A program made the position numbers and the translations under genes. 64,000 nt of DNA from Eledone cirrhosa (Eukaryota). Every line of letters starts with the position of its first letter. Positions within the stretch are counted from its first letter, which is position 1. The stretch spans positions 322,338,001 through 322,402,000 of the forward strand of contig OZ024741.1 of NCBI GenBank assembly GCA_964016885.1. The letters are read 5' to 3'. Below, piece after piece: positions 1-15,028 of the stretch. The notes beneath the pieces are model-generated. The model saw only the letters and a program-made list of their open reading frames with translations. It was not told the origin of the DNA and ran no database searches.

Positions 1-56
1 CAACACTTCCGACCTTATTCTTGTCTCTTCAACAAGCACACCGTACTTATCACATA

Positions 57-207
57 AGGAGGTAGAGTTGTTAGAACGTGAAATAGAATGACTTTATGCT
101 CCCCAGCTTTCTGCGTTTTGAGTTCAAATCCTGCTGAGGTTAACTTTGCTCCTATCATTACTTCGAGGCAGGTAAATAAAGCACCAGTCATGTATTGGGG
201 TCGACCC
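57..207 (+). mobile_element. tRNA-derived SINE, degenerate copy
   Basis: B-box-like gagttcaaatcc followed by gaggttaactttgc...aataaagcaccagt, matching the SINE body repeated more than 10 times in the window. Confidence 0.7.
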
Positions 208-213
208 CCCCCC

Positions 214-315
<102 letters not shown>

Positions 316-338
316 TTGTTAAACAATATTCAATGATT

Positions 339-648
339 ATGTCAAAGAATGGGTTTTACAGTAGATTGGAAGCACTCAACGGGTTAATAATTTTCTGGAG
401 TTATTAATATTAAAATATAAGTATTAATAAAATAGATGTTCTTTTGATCAATTACATTTTATTATACATATTTCGGATGTACAGCAGTACTACCTCATCA
501 GACAAAATATAATGATACATGACATACTCTGAGATGTTAAATGGTTAAGATTTAATCAAGGTAGTACTGTTGTACATCCGAAATATGTATAATAAAATGT
601 AATTGATCAAAAGAACATCTATTTTATTAATACTTATATTTTAATATA
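339..648 (-). mobile_element. Fold-back HHR element, family A (PLE pLTR/retrozyme-like)
   Basis: Inverted arms ~406-495 / 560-648 with an unpaired left extension, between (TA)n tracts; homologous to 44445-44843 and 55497-55866. Confidence 0.7.
454..510 (-). ncRNA. Type I minimal hammerhead ribozyme (family A)
   Basis: Minus strand: atattttgt CTGATGA ggtagtactgctgtacatcc GAAA tatgta TA ataaaatgt; 9-bp stem I including G-U pairs. Confidence 0.75.
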
Positions 649-659
649 TATATATATAT

Positions 660-1113
660 GCAATTCCACCCGACTGCTGCTATGCCCTCTGACCACCTCC
701 CAGCACACACAGACACACAGCACTCCTACCGCCTTGACCACTTCCTGTTGCGCGCGCACCCCACATCTCTCCTCTTCCGAGGAATACTCGTATGTGGAGC
801 TTGACCGTGGAATCTACTACCATCATAGGAGTTTACCAACATTTCAACCATATCCTCTTCTTACGGAATCACCTATATAACTCACCCACACACACACCCC
901 AAACATTTTTTTTCTCCCACACGCCACCTACACCCACAACACGCTTAAACCCCCCACACACGTGCTTTCCACCACATATTTACACCTTCAGCCTCCGGAT
1001 TCCTCTCCCCCCACCCCTCTATCCACACACGCACACACACTCCGACCTACACCACACCCCACACACACCTCTTCCTGAACATGCAACCCCGTTCTTCCCC
1101 CAACCCTTGCTTT

Positions 1114-1150
<37 letters not shown>

Positions 1151-1576
1151 ACACCTACACACACACCACCACCTTCAGCCCTCCCCGCTCGGACACCCCG
1201 TCTCCCTCTCCCTACTCCACCCGCCACCACCCCTACACACTACACACCCTTCCACCACCTGTTTTACCCCTTTTTAATTTCAGTTTATTTTGATCATGCT
1301 TTTATTTTTATTTCATTTCATTTTATTTTGATCATGCTTTATTTTTATTTTTATTGTTAATTTCATTCGCACCGTTTCCTCCCACCCCCTTTTCGCTATA
1401 TGTCTCTCCACCACTCCCCTACACACCCTTTGAACTCTCTTCCCACACACTTTTCACCTGAGGAAGGGCTTATGCCCGAAACGTCGTTCCCCACCACCAC
1501 CCCACTCTCCAGAGCGTGAAATTAATAAACATTCGTTGTACTGCCTCTCTGTTTTGTTCCTGTTCAAATTTTCCAT
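660..1576 (+). mobile_element. 5'-truncated Penelope-like element 3' region/pLTR (family P1) with HHR-like motif at 1458-1485
   Basis: Homologous to the reverse complement of ~62086-62935; CTGAGGA a gggc-ttat-gccc GAAA cgtc; flanked by (TA)n. Confidence 0.75.
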
Positions 1577-1731
<155 letters not shown>

Positions 1732-1865
1732 TGTGTCAAACTAATGTTTAAGCTTTATCAAACTTTAACCAGAGCTAAAAGTCTCTGGTGGGAAAAAACA
1801 AAAACAAATAAAGTGTATTTTATTAGAAAAACAGTAAAGAAAGGGTTGGGACGCCTCCTCCTTCT

Positions 1866-1997
<132 letters not shown>

Positions 1998-2410
1998 AAA
2001 CAGTCAAACTTTTCCCTGAGTCGGTTTGTTTCGTTGTTCTGGTCCTAGCGGCTCGCATTTCGGTCGCTGTCATCAATTTACATAGCTGTCTAAACGTCAT
2101 GTTATAACTCTAAGGTAACATTCCTTATTGAGTGCTTTTGGCTGCACCTACCGACTGCATTCGTTAGCTTGCCCGCAACCACACTTTCGATTATGCTGTA
2201 CTACCTTCTTGTATATATATATATTAACAGATTAAAGTTTAAGCAAAGAATCGCTGCTTTCACTCTTAACACACACACACACACATGTATATACTTCTCT
2301 GTTGAAAATCGGCTTTGTTCCAGCCAGGAGAAGAAAAGAAAAACAAAAGAATGAAACAAATACCAAACCGTCACATTCATAATCAACTAGAATAGGGAAA
2401 CAATAATATA

Positions 2411-2590
2411 ATTGTTTCTACTTTTGGCACAAGGCCAGCAATTATCCAGTGTATTACTGGTACTTTATTTTATCGACCCCGTAAGGATGAAAGGCAAAGC
2501 TCGGCGAGATTTGAACTCAGAATGGCAAGGGCCGTAACTATGCGTCAAAGCATGGCGTCCGACCCTCTACCGATACTGCCAATCCACCAA
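2411..2590 (-). mobile_element. tRNA-derived SINE
   Basis: Reverse complement of the 6964-7155 SINE (gatttgaactcag = B box; tactgccaatcc = A-box region). Confidence 0.8.
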
Positions 2591-3083
2591 AACAATAATA
2601 TAATATCAATTCTGTATTTTTCAACTTAAAAAAAACCCTTGCCTATTTTAACTCTTTCATTCATGGATTGTATCGTAAATGAAAAAAAAACAAAACCTTT
2701 CGAGGAAATTAGAGGAGACTGGTGAGTAAACGAGTCTGGCTGAAGAGAAAAAGGAAACTTGTGTGTGTAATTCAGTGAAAAACATCGGTCAAATAGAATC
2801 GAGTGTTGAGATTGACAGGGACGGCTGGGCACGAGTCACTGCACCAGATATACTTTATTTCATGCTGATGTGCAAAAGATTCGTCACCTACCATCGGTGA
2901 GTGATCGTCGGTAGCTTTGGTGTGACATTGAAAGGGGCTGAAACACATAATGAGTTACTTCATCACCTGAAAGAACATTGGCTCGTGCATTCGGACACGG
3001 AGTATAGAGGCACCCTCAGCACATACATACATACATACATACATACATACATACATACATACATACATACATACATACGTACG

Positions 3084-3188
<105 letters not shown>

Positions 3189-3332
3189 TACCTTTGGCAG
3201 AGCCGTTCTATTACAGACCGGAAGTCGATGGAGGGTTGTTGATAGGACCTTCTCGAAGGCGTGTCTAACCACTTTGCCCCCATGTCCCCACAATAAGTAA
3301 GTGCGCGAAGAAGAAGAAGAAACAACAACAGC

Positions 3333-3406
<74 letters not shown>

Positions 3407-3656
3407 CCAAGACGAAGAAGAATATTTACTTATTTCAAGGCATCTGAAAGAGTTAAAAGTATTTACGTCCATGAAACCAGAGAACCGCAGGTAATGCAAC
3501 GATGTACTGAACTATTAACATAAATACTACCAATTCCCACATCCTGTGTTGATTACCCCTTTTATTTTGTTTCTACCTTCACCTATACATGCATATATGC
3601 GTACATACATACCTAGATACTTATGTAGATACATGTATACATACACACACATTTAT

Positions 3657-3690
<34 letters not shown>

Positions 3691-3724
3691 TTATTTCCAC
3701 ATAAATATGTGTACATATATATAC

Positions 3725-3783
<59 letters not shown>

Positions 3784-3833
3784 TGTATATGTATGTATCA
3801 CTCCCTCTGTCTCTCTCTCTCTCTAGACACACA

Positions 3834-3864
<31 letters not shown>

Positions 3865-4366
3865 CTGTTTATTGCAAGATACAGCACTCTCTGTTTCAGT
3901 TTGTTGATTGAAACATGTCCGTTGTTTTCGTCATTGATTTAATTTGCCTTGACTTAATTTGCTCCAAAAGACTTAGACCAGCTCCGGCTATAGGCATTCA
4001 CTCCCTTGTTTGCTTCTAATCACTTGGACACCCCTAAAGAGTGTTTCGGTGTTGAAATTGCGAGGATATACTTATTTGCATTTACCTAGTTAGCTAGCTA
4101 CCTACCTGCCCATGTGCCTACATGACTATGTACGTACGTACGTACCTGAACTCTTATTCGTTCTCCTCCCATGCTCTCTCTCTCTTACACACTCTCTCTC
4201 TCTCTCTTTATATATATATATATACCAAACATATATATCGACATCTATGCATATCTATATCTATTTACATGTATACACAAACACTTATACACACATTCAC
4301 ATGCACCCCCACATCGATATATATATATATATATGCATCTATATAAGCATATATATATATATATAT

Positions 4367-4443
<77 letters not shown>

Positions 4444-4698
4444 ATGATTTGTAGGTAATCCGGTATTAAATATCACAATCACCATCCTTGATCGCTTTGT
4501 ATTACTTGTTACTGATGTATTGATTAACGTTTCATTATCAGCCTGGAGAGATCGCCAGGCGTCTGCTTCACACACTTATATACATACATATGTTAGGACA
4601 CGTAAACACACAAACAGATACAAGTGTATATGCGCAAACATACGCACAGAGACACACGAATGCACACACGCACTCATACACACACATACACACACACA

Positions 4699-4782
<84 letters not shown>

Positions 4783-4898
4783 TATATTTATATATGTGTG
4801 TGTGCGTGTATGTATGTGTTTGTGTTCATTTGCTGTGCGTATATATATATATATATATATATGTATATAGACACACACACACACAAATATATATATAT

Positions 4899-5182
4899 AG
4901 TGAAAAATTGAACGGGAACAAAACAGAGAGGCAGTACGAACAAAGGTTTATTAGTTTCACGCTCTTGAGGGTGGGGTGGTGGTGGGTAACGACGTTTCGG
5001 GCATAATTCCTTCTTCAGGCGAAAAGTGTATGGGAAGAGAGTTCCAAGGGTATGTAGGGGAGTGGGGGAGAGACATTTAGAAAAAAGGAGGTGAGAGGAA
5101 ACGGTTCAAATGAAAATAAATATAAAAGCATAATAAAAATAAAAATAAACATGAAGTTAAACAAGTGGTGGAAGGGTGTGGG
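4899..5182 (-). mobile_element. PLE family P1 3' terminal fragment with HHR-like motif (4991-5018)
   Basis: Same terminal sequence (gtgaaaaattgaacgggaac) as 62086 and as the reverse complement of 1576; flanked by (TA)n. Confidence 0.75.
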
Positions 5183-5199
5183 ATATATATATATATACG

Positions 5200-5237
<38 letters not shown>

Positions 5238-5273
5238 TATATATGTTTATGTCTACGTGTGTGTTTGTGCGTG

Positions 5274-5316
<43 letters not shown>

Positions 5317-5619
5317 TGAGCGGAAAAATCTTATATCAAACTAACGGAGACTAACTTCACAATTTTAAGTCCAGGAGAGTTCAACTGTGAAGAATGAAAT
5401 AAAGAGACAACTCCAATAATCTGAACTGGTTAAAATCTTTTTCCTTTCTCTTCCGATATTTTTTGTTTTGCATTACATACTTTTTCTGTCTTGTTTTGAC
5501 TAAATGTAGGAGGACAGATGCCCTAACATCGCTTTTGGCTCCTGGCTCGACACTTATGTATTTTGACGGGATTCAATGGTAGAACAGTTGTATGTTGCGG
5601 CTATAGTTACCTCACACTA

Positions 5620-6473
5620 TGAGGTGTGTCAAAAGAGAAACAGGACTTAATGTGCTGTGTGAGCTATGAGTGGAGTAGGGATTAGCGGGTTACGTCACCG
5701 TGTGACATAATATCCGGGGAGTATAACAGCGATCTCAGTTCTCTGCAGCGATTGAATACTTTTCCACATGCTTTTGTTAACAGCTCCTCAATTTTAGGCC
5801 GTCGAGAGATGGACACAGAGCAACGAACCAACCTGAAGTTTTTGGTCCAGCTGGGGAAAACTCCATCAGAAGCATTCGGAATACTGCAGCATGTATACGG
5901 AGATGAGACGCTGTCACATTCACGGGTTTTCGAGCGGCACAAAAGATGGAAGGCAATGCCAGGAGTAGAAGGCCTTCAACGAGCAGGACTGAGGCCAACG
6001 TTGAGCGCGTGAAGCAAGTAGTTCGACTGATTACAGTGAGTTGAGCATGAACCGCGACAGCGTTTGGAAGATTATCACCAAAGATTTGGACATGCGGAAG
6101 ATCTGCACGAAGATGGTTCTGAAGCTGCTGAACGATGACCAGAAGGAACAGCACATGCAGGTGTGTCATGATAGCCTCGAGTGTCTTGAAATGGAACCAG
6201 ACTTGTTGGGGAGTCATCTCTGGTGATGAGTCATGGATCTTCGAGTACAATCCATTTTCCGGACGTGGCAGCCATCTTGAGTGCAGTGACGACCTTACTG
6301 CAGAGAATCCCGAGAGAATCCTTCTAGGACTGTATAGAGGCGTGGCGGAGAAAGATGAGAGATGGCGTTAGACTCAAGGGGGATTCTTTCGAAGAGGAAA
6401 ACTTATAGTTTGTGGTTTGGATTTGAAATATTTATTTTTTTGCCACTCTAGTCCTGTTCATTTTCTGATACAC
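5620..6473 (+). mobile_element. Internally deleted Tc1/mariner (mariner-type) DNA transposon
   Basis: Imperfect TIRs gtgtgtcaaaagagaaacaggact / agtcctgttcattttctgatacac; remnants EQRTNLKFLVQLGKTPSEAF...VYGDETLS (HTH) and GDESWIFEYNP (first catalytic D); frameshifted. Confidence 0.85.
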
Positions 6474-6963
6474 TGATAAAATAAAGTACCAGTAACGTAC
6501 TGAGGTCGGTCGATTTAATTGACTTTTCTATCCACCTAAATTGTTGGCCTTGTACCTAAATCAGAAACCATGATTATTATTATTATATCTCCTTTTCACA
6601 ACTTTGGGTGTTACTGCTTGTTACTTTGGACTCCAAACCAGGCTTAATATAAGATTAAGACATGGAGAACAACTGAATCATTTAGTAGACAGAACGGTTC
6701 GATGTGCTGTACCTAAAAGCACAGAATTCTGAAGAATACTTACCTCGTTCTCTACATTGAGGTTTTTTAAAGTGGTTGTGGAGATCTAGTGATATTGATC
6801 CCAAAGCACTAATTATTACGGAAATGATAAGTCTTTCTTTATTCCACATCTTACACCAGTTAAATTTCCTGATTTCGTATTTCTCTTTTCCGCCATATTG
6901 GTATCCACTGAATAGGCTACATCAATTATGGAACCCTTATTATTATTAGTAATATTATTATTA

Positions 6964-7155
6964 TTGGCGGTGGATTGGCAGTATCGGTAAGGGTCGGACG
7001 CCATGCTTTGAAGCATAGAGTTACCTCCCTTTATGATCTGAGTTCAAATCCCGCCGAGGTTAACTTTGCCTTTCATCCTTACGGGGTCGATAAAATAAAG
7101 TACCAGTAATGCACTGGAATAATTGCTGGCCTTGTGCCAAAAGTAGAAACAATTA
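6964..7155 (+). mobile_element. tRNA-derived SINE, near full length
   Basis: tggcagtatcggtaag (A-box-like), gagttcaaatccc (B box), body gaggttaactttgcctttcatccttacggggtcgataaaataaagtaccagt, (ATT)n tail. Confidence 0.85.
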
Positions 7156-7417
7156 TTATTATTTGGTCCGCAAATTCCCCAATTTATTAATACATACATA
7201 CATACATACATACATAAGTCAGTCAACACGATCAGTCGCATATTTTGGCGTGGGAGACTATTTATTAAATTTAAGATGAATACTATCTCCGACAGTAATG
7301 CCACAACTACAGCCAGGTTGAATAACTGGTTATTCTTCTAACTATCCCTTCTGAAGACACCTTTTATTCGAATTCGTAGAGATATCCGACTAAATACATA
7401 ATTCATTTTACAAGGAT

Positions 7418-10400
7418 TTGCTACAAACAGCATGGCTGAACACAACATCAACAAGAAAATTAAGGAAGTATCGAAGACAAATAACAAAGAAGGTAATCAA
7501 ACTTTATTCAGTTGTAGCTACAGAAGAAACCGAAATTATAAATCGGAATTTCTCTTGGAGTTGCGAACTTAATAATGATTTATTTAATTCTTATAAAATG
7601 GCAAAAAACAATCCCTCCATTGGCTATATGAATAGAATGAAGCTACACTGGGACGAAATGCACCCAGCGCTAAATTATTTCACAGCGAAACAATTACGCC
7701 AACAAGCGACGTTTGTTGAACGTAAAAATAAGATAAATATTATTAATTGTAAGTCCCCCACAACAAACATGGAATCAACAACACGTGCTACAGATCGCCA
7801 TGCTACTAGACTTCCTAGCAGCCAGGTCGAACAGCGCCTTGAAACAACTATGCCTGTACCATCTAAGTCTACCTCGAATGCTGGGGAAAACACTATCGAT
7901 AATAATAATAATCGAAGAAATAATAATAATAATCGAATAAATGTGACACCACGTATACCATCCGAGTCTACCTCGACTGTTGTGGAAAATATTATCGATA
8001 ATGATAATCAAAAGTATAAACAATTGAAAATTTCCCTCAACGAAATCTTCCAGAGAGAGATTAACTCATGTATAAATATCTCTCTGGCTGAACGTGTTAA
8101 AATGACAATGGTGAATAAAAAACCAAATAATTGTTTCTACTTTAGGCACAAGGCCAGCAATTATCCCAATGTATTACTGGTGCTTTATTTTATCGACCCC
8201 GGAAGGATGAAAGGCAAAGTTAACCTCGACGGGAATTGAACTCAGACCGTAAAGGGACATAACTATACTGGAAAGCATGGCGTCCGTCCCTCTACCGATA
8301 CTGCCATCCTCCGCCCTTAAATAAAAACCAAATAATGAAATACTACGTGTTATTGACGAAAATGGGATGAATATTTACGACGGATAAAAACCCCAACATT
8401 TTGGCAAATCAACGCCTGTTTATATGCCTTAACAATCAACGCCTGTTTATATGCCTTAGCAATGACAGTGAAGCATTATCTTGGTGATAGCAGAGATATT
8501 AACAAGAACAAAACACCACCATATATAACTAAAATAGAAAAAAAGAGTGCTGACCTACGAAAAAACATAGGACATGTGATAATGCTCCTTACATGCAAAC
8601 AAACACAAAAAACCTCACTCCTCACCAACAAAGAGTGAAAAATAAAATAGAGACGATGTTTGGTAACAGTAGAACCAGAACTCTCCAATATAAGCTGATC
8701 ACCCTCAAACAAGAATTGAGAGCTGTTAGCGAAAAACGCCGATACCTGAAGAAGCTAGATGAGAGAAAAATGCTTAATAAAAGATTCAGACGAAACCAAA
8801 CATCAGTCTATAGAGATATGAAGGGCAAAATAATAAGTGTCACTGAGGCCCCATAACAGAAAGACATAGATTCCTTTTGGAGAAAAATATGGGGTGAAAA
8901 GAAGAATTTCAACCAAGATGCAGTGTGGCTAAGAGAAATCCGAAAGAACTATTGCTCCTACACTACAAAAAAAACATATGAAATAAGTGAGGGTACCCTT
9001 GAGACTGTGATAGGAAAACTCCAAGATAAGAAAACACCAAGAAGAGACATGATTGTCGGCTACTGGTACAAAAAACTAATATTCTATCGGAGGTACCTTA
9101 CTGACCTCTACCAACAAGTTCTTAAGGGAGATACACTTATACCAGAATGGTTGACATTAGCACAAACGTTACTGCTCCCCAAGAACAAAGACACCCACTT
9201 GGCAAAAAACTACCGACCCATTGCATGCCAGAACCTAATGTATAAGATGTATACAGCCTGCCTCAACCTATTCCTCCAAGATCACTGTGAAAATAATAAC
9301 ATCATCACAGATGAACAAGCAGCTGGAAAGAAAAGGGTTTGGGGATGTGCTGAACAACTCCTAATCAACAAAACTGCGATGTCGGAGGTGCAACAACTTA
9401 GGAGGAATATGAATACAGTCTGGCTGGACTACGAGAAAGCTTTCGATTCTGTTCCCCACTCTTGGATGATAGAGGCCCTCCAACTTGCTAAAGTTCCAGA
9501 CATTATTGTCAGAGCCATAGAGAGGCTGTCTTCTTCTTGGGCTACTATCCTAAGGTTAAAGACAGAGAGGGAGGACTCTATTTTCACTGATAAAATAAAA
9601 TATTGCAGGGGTATATTTCAGGGGGACAGTCTCTCTGTGATATTGTTCATCTTGTCATTAAACCCCTTGTCCTTTCTGCTCAAGAAATGTGAGGGATACA
9701 TCATTGGCTCACAGGAGGACAGAAATACGAACCTAACCCATAACTTCTTTGTGGACGATCTGAAACTCTATGCCAAGAACATGGATGGGATGAAGAAAAA
9801 TCTTGACCTGGTTACAACCTTCTCAAAGGATATAGGAATGGAGTTTGGCCAAGATAAATGCTCATACATGACTGTAAAGTGGGGAAAAACAACAACCCAA
9901 TCTAGCAACATTGTCATCAATGGTCTAACTGTTTCACCGATATCTGATGAGGACTGCTACAGATACCTGGGGATAGATGAGAACATATCCTATAATGGTA
10001 TCTGTAATAAAGAACGCGTAACCAGGGAATACTACACCCGATTAAGAAAGATCTGGTCATCGGAACTCTCTGCGCAAAACAAAACAGTGGCTCACAATGT
10101 GTTTGCTGTGCCTGTCCTAACACCAACGTTTGGAATACTCAATTGGACGATAGACGAAATCCGAGCAGTTGATGTTGGAACTCGAAAAATACTGAACAAC
10201 ACCGGAAACTTCCACATCAACAGTGACATAGACCGCCTTTACTTGAAACGTTGGCAGGGAGACAGAGGCCTAACATCAGTCCAGACAACATTTGAATGTC
10301 GCATCATATCTCTCCGACAACATCTACGAACCTCGAAGCGTAGGAGCCCGTTTCTCGAGCAAGTCTATCTGCATGAAACAGATAAGATCATGAGAGTTGG

Positions 10401-11310
10401 GAAGGAACTCCTTGAGAGATATTCCCTGTGTGATAATCAAAAACTCACACCCAGGGATGTCGCTCAGCAATATCGCAGTGAATCCATGGATGAAAAACTG
10501 CATGCCTATCAGCAAAAAAATCATGCATGGATATGTTGCCAGGACGCTCCAGAGTGAGAGTAATATAGATAAGGAAAGTAGTCTATCTTGGACCAACAAC
10601 CGCTATATTGGCTCCCACTTTGAAGGATACGCTTATGCAATCCAAGAACAGAAGATTAGCACGAAATACCTGATTCACAAAAGAGATAGGGATGCAGGCA
10701 AAACACGTAGATGTGATAACAGGTGCAGACTCTGCAGAACTAACATCGAGGATATCACCCATGTCATCAGCAGCTGTCCAAAGATGTCATCGCGGTACTA
10801 TCTACCTATGAGGCATGATGTAGTGGCCAAAACACTGTACAATGCAGTTCGTAAAAAAGATAGCCCCGATGATAAACACATTAAAAGCTACAACAATGTG
10901 GAAGACATCCATGTACATAATATGAAAGAGTACTGGTGGAATGTTCCAGTAAAAACCCCAATAAAATGCAGGCATAACAGACCAGATATTATGATATGGG
11001 ACAGGGAGAGGAAAACATGCACAGTAGTGGAAATTAGCTGCCCAGCAGATGCCAATATAATATCAAAGATTAGTGAAAAGGAGAATATTTATGCAGAACT
11101 GATGAGAAATCTGCAGATACTCCACCCTGATTAAACCTTCAGATTTATGCCTGTGATTATTGGGGCACTGGGATATGTTAGTAACTGCCTCAATCCAAAT
11201 CTTGAGAAGCTAGGCTTCACAGGAACAGAAAGAACACAACTAGTTAGGAAATTACAAGTACAATCCATTAGTGGAACAGTAAAAATATGTAAAACATTCC
11301 AAAAAATTTT
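7418..11310 (+). pseudogene. Disrupted RT + CCHC + RLE polyprotein of RLE LINE copy 1
   Basis: YRPIACQN, WLDYEKAFDSVPHSW, GIFQGDSLS, FFVDDLKLY; CRLC-x8-H-x4-C, RHD, RPDIMIWD...VVEISCP...KENIY; SINE insertion, stops and frameshifts (~8856, ~10520, 11134). Confidence 0.9.
8129..8316 (-). mobile_element. tRNA-derived SINE inserted in the RLE LINE ORF
   Basis: SINE body in reverse; imperfect flanking duplication aataaaa(aa)ccaaataa. Confidence 0.85.
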
Positions 11311-11596
11311 GCATCTAATAACTGCATATACACATGTACAGATACAAAGCATATACACATGCACACATACAACTCAAAACATACACATCCACACATACAA
11401 TAACATCCATATCTACACATGCATGCATGCAGACATACATACATATCTACCTAGTTGATGTTGTGTAAATTCCAATGAGAGAGTCTTGTGTCTATGTTAG
11501 AAACCGACTCTCTCTCTATCGGTAAAACTTTGTGAAATTATAAAACCAGAAGAACATACATACATCTGTTAATACACACATCTATACATACATACA

Positions 11597-13313
11597 GTGT
11601 CAGTGCTACTCTTCGTTCTCTCACTAAATCCACTATCTTACCTACTCAGGAAACAAGGTGGACAAAGAAATGGGTCCAGAAGTATCTCCCATCTTTTCTT
11701 TGTTGATGACCTGAAGTTGTATGGGCCAAATATCAATGACATCAAGAAACAATTGGACCTCATTACACAATTTTCAACAGACATCAAAATGAAATTTGGT
11801 GAGTCCAAGTGTGCATATTTGGCAGTAAAACGTGGAAGAGCTGTGCCCTCCTCTAGAAATCTAGAGATGAACGGCCTGACAATACAACCTCTACAGTCAG
11901 GTGACAACTACAGATATCTTGGACAGGATGAGAATGTCAGATATGATGGACCCATAAATAAGGAGAGAACCAGAATTGAATACTTCAGAAGAGTAAAGAA
12001 AATATGGTCATCAGAACTGTCAGCGTACAACAAATACATTGCCCACAATACTTATGCTGTGCCAATTCTAACGCCAACATTTGGCCTGCTGAACTGGTCA
12101 TTGCCAGAACTAAGTGAGTTGGATGTTAGAACTCGCAAACTTCTCAGTGTTACTGGGAACTTTAACATCAATGGTGATGTGGATAGGCTATACTTCTCAC
12201 GCAAGGAAGGTGGCCGGGGTCTAAAATCCATATTAACATCATATGAGACCCGGATAGTAACACTGAAGCAACATCTTCAACAGAGGAAAAAGGTTGGTAA
12301 CCATCTTGCCCAGGTTTATGAGCATGAAAAGAAAAATATCATTAGAATAGCCACTGATCTGGAGGAGAGATATGGAATAATGTCTGATATAAATCTCTCA
12401 CCCAGAGTAATCGGAAGATCCTATTCAATGTTCAAACAAGATGAAAAAAATTGACCAATTTACAGAAAAAGTTGTGCATGGATAATTGAGACATAAAACA
12501 CAGACCATAGAGGGGATAAACCACTCAAAAAGCCTGGCATGGAGTTCCGACAAGTTTATGACATCACACCTTGAGAGATATCTCTATGCAATACAGGAAC
12601 AAGAACTCCCTACCAAATATCTGCTGCACAAAAGAGGAAGGCAATCAGCTGACAATAAATGTAGGCTATATAAAACAAAGATCGAGGATGTAAGCCACAT
12701 TGTTGCCAGCTGCGAAAGAATGTCATCTCGCTACTACCTCCCCATGAGACACGATGGGATAGCTAGAACCATCTGGAACGCACTTCGGAAAACAAAATTA
12801 ACAACAAACGAGGAAGAATATATTGAGACAGATGGCACTAAGGAATACTGGTGGAACCTGAAAATAAAAACTGCCACCAAATTAAAGCACAACCGGCCTG
12901 ATATTGTTGTTTGGGACCACTCATTGAAAACGTGTTCTGTTGTGGAGATCAGCTGCCCACTTGATGTAAACGTTGTCAGGAAAATACAGGAGAAAGAGGA
13001 CATCTACGGACCATTGATGAGGAGTTTACAAATCCAGTATCCAAGATACACCTTTAGCTTCATACCCATCATTATTGGAACTACGGGTTATATACCAAGC
13101 CGCTTGGACCAAAGTATGACTGAACTTGGATTTGCGGACAAAAAGCGCAGCTCCCTAATTCATAGTCTACAAATGGCTGCGATAGCTGGCACCTTCAAAA
13201 TTTGCAAAACATTCTTGCGATTCAAGGGATGACAATCTCTTTTCTTTTACAACCTTGCCACCAGGAAGGTGGCCAGTCAAAAAAATATACTCGAAATTAA
13301 GAGAAAGAGATAA
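11597..13313 (+). mobile_element. 5'-truncated RLE-type LINE, second divergent family
   Basis: SLNPLSYLL, HLFFVDDLKLY, YRYLG, RYYLPMRHD, RPDIVVWD...VVEISCP, KICKTFL; frameshift ~12450; imperfect ~32-bp flanking duplication catacatctgttaatac... at 11559 and 13314. Confidence 0.88.
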
Positions 13314-13345
13314 CATACATCTGTTAATACATACATATATATATA

Positions 13346-13385
13346 AGCCGGTCAAAAATGCACTCGAAATTAGGAGAAATAGAAA
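13346..13385 (+). mobile_element. 40-bp 3'-end stub of the second RLE family
   Basis: gccggtcaaaaatgcactcgaaattaggagaaatagaaa resembles 13272-13313 and is followed by (CATA)n. Confidence 0.6.
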
Positions 13386-13512
13386 CATACATACATACAT
13401 ACATATATACATACATACATGCAGACATACATAGATGCATACATAAATACATACATACAAACATACATACATAATACAAACACATGCATACACACACATA
13501 TATATATATGTA

Positions 13513-13557
<45 letters not shown>

Positions 13558-13619
13558 AGAGAGAGGGAGAGAGAGAGAGAGAGAGAGAGGGGGGGGAGAG
13601 AGAGAGGGAGAGAGAGAGA

Positions 13620-13705
<86 letters not shown>

Positions 13706-13902
13706 AGGGAGAGAGAGAGATTTTCTGTCCACGGAGAGAAAGAAAAAAGCATTTGTTTACATTCACGAAAATACAGAGGGAAGAATATTTAGTGCATGTC
13801 TTTGTACCAATATATACACATACATATAAACATATGTAGATATATATATAAACATATATATATCTACAAATGTTTATATTTTCTACACCTTTCATTTATA
13901 TA

Positions 13903-13968
<66 letters not shown>

Positions 13969-14056
13969 CACACACATACATAAATATATAAGTGGGTTGG
14001 TGTATATATATATATTTATATACATATAAATATATATATATGTATGTATATGTATG

Positions 14057-14134
<78 letters not shown>

Positions 14135-14259
14135 CATATATATATATATTTATATGTATATAAATATATATATATACACCAACCCACTTATATATTTATG
14201 TATGTGTGTGTATGTATGTATGCATGTATGTATATATGTATATACACACACACACAAAC

Positions 14260-14336
<77 letters not shown>

Positions 14337-14481
14337 TATATACATACATATATATATATACATATATACATATATATATACATATATATATACATATATA
14401 TACATATATATATATACATATATATATATATATTTATTATTATTGCTATATATATAAATATATACTCATATATACACACAT

Positions 14482-14546
<65 letters not shown>

Positions 14547-14569
14547 AGTTGTTGTGATATATATATATA

Positions 14570-14621
<52 letters not shown>

Positions 14622-14921
14622 CACACACACATACACACACACACACATATATATATATGTATATATGTTGGTACAAAGACATGCACTAAATAATCTTGGT
14701 TCTGTATTTTCATGAATGTAAACAAATGCCTTTTTCTTCTTTCATCATACTCTGTTGTCAGTGTTTGTTTCCACTGTTTGCTGTCTGTCGTTGACCTTGC
14801 ACAACATATGCCTACATACATACATACATATATACATATATACATACATACAAACATATATCCATATATACATACATACTCATGTACCTACATAAATACA
14901 CACACACACACACACACACAC

Positions 14922-14961
<40 letters not shown>

Positions 14962-14978
14962 CACACACACACACACAC

Positions 14979-15028
<50 letters not shown>

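Larger units (their letters stand above)
7216..11554 (+). mobile_element. Near full-length RLE-type non-LTR retrotransposon (R4/Dong-like), copy 1
   Basis: Long single-ORF remnant with RT, CCHC and restriction-like endonuclease; bounded on both sides by (CATA)n. Confidence 0.85.

Noticed and set aside
2892-2966. Possible 75-bp minus-strand exon (ttctttcag|[25 protein letters not shown]|gtaggt)
   Set aside because: Splice-like borders and an open frame, but no recognisable homology or phase-compatible neighbouring exon; needs RNA-seq
6964-7060. tRNA gene
   Set aside because: A/B boxes belong to a multicopy SINE head; no cloverleaf evident
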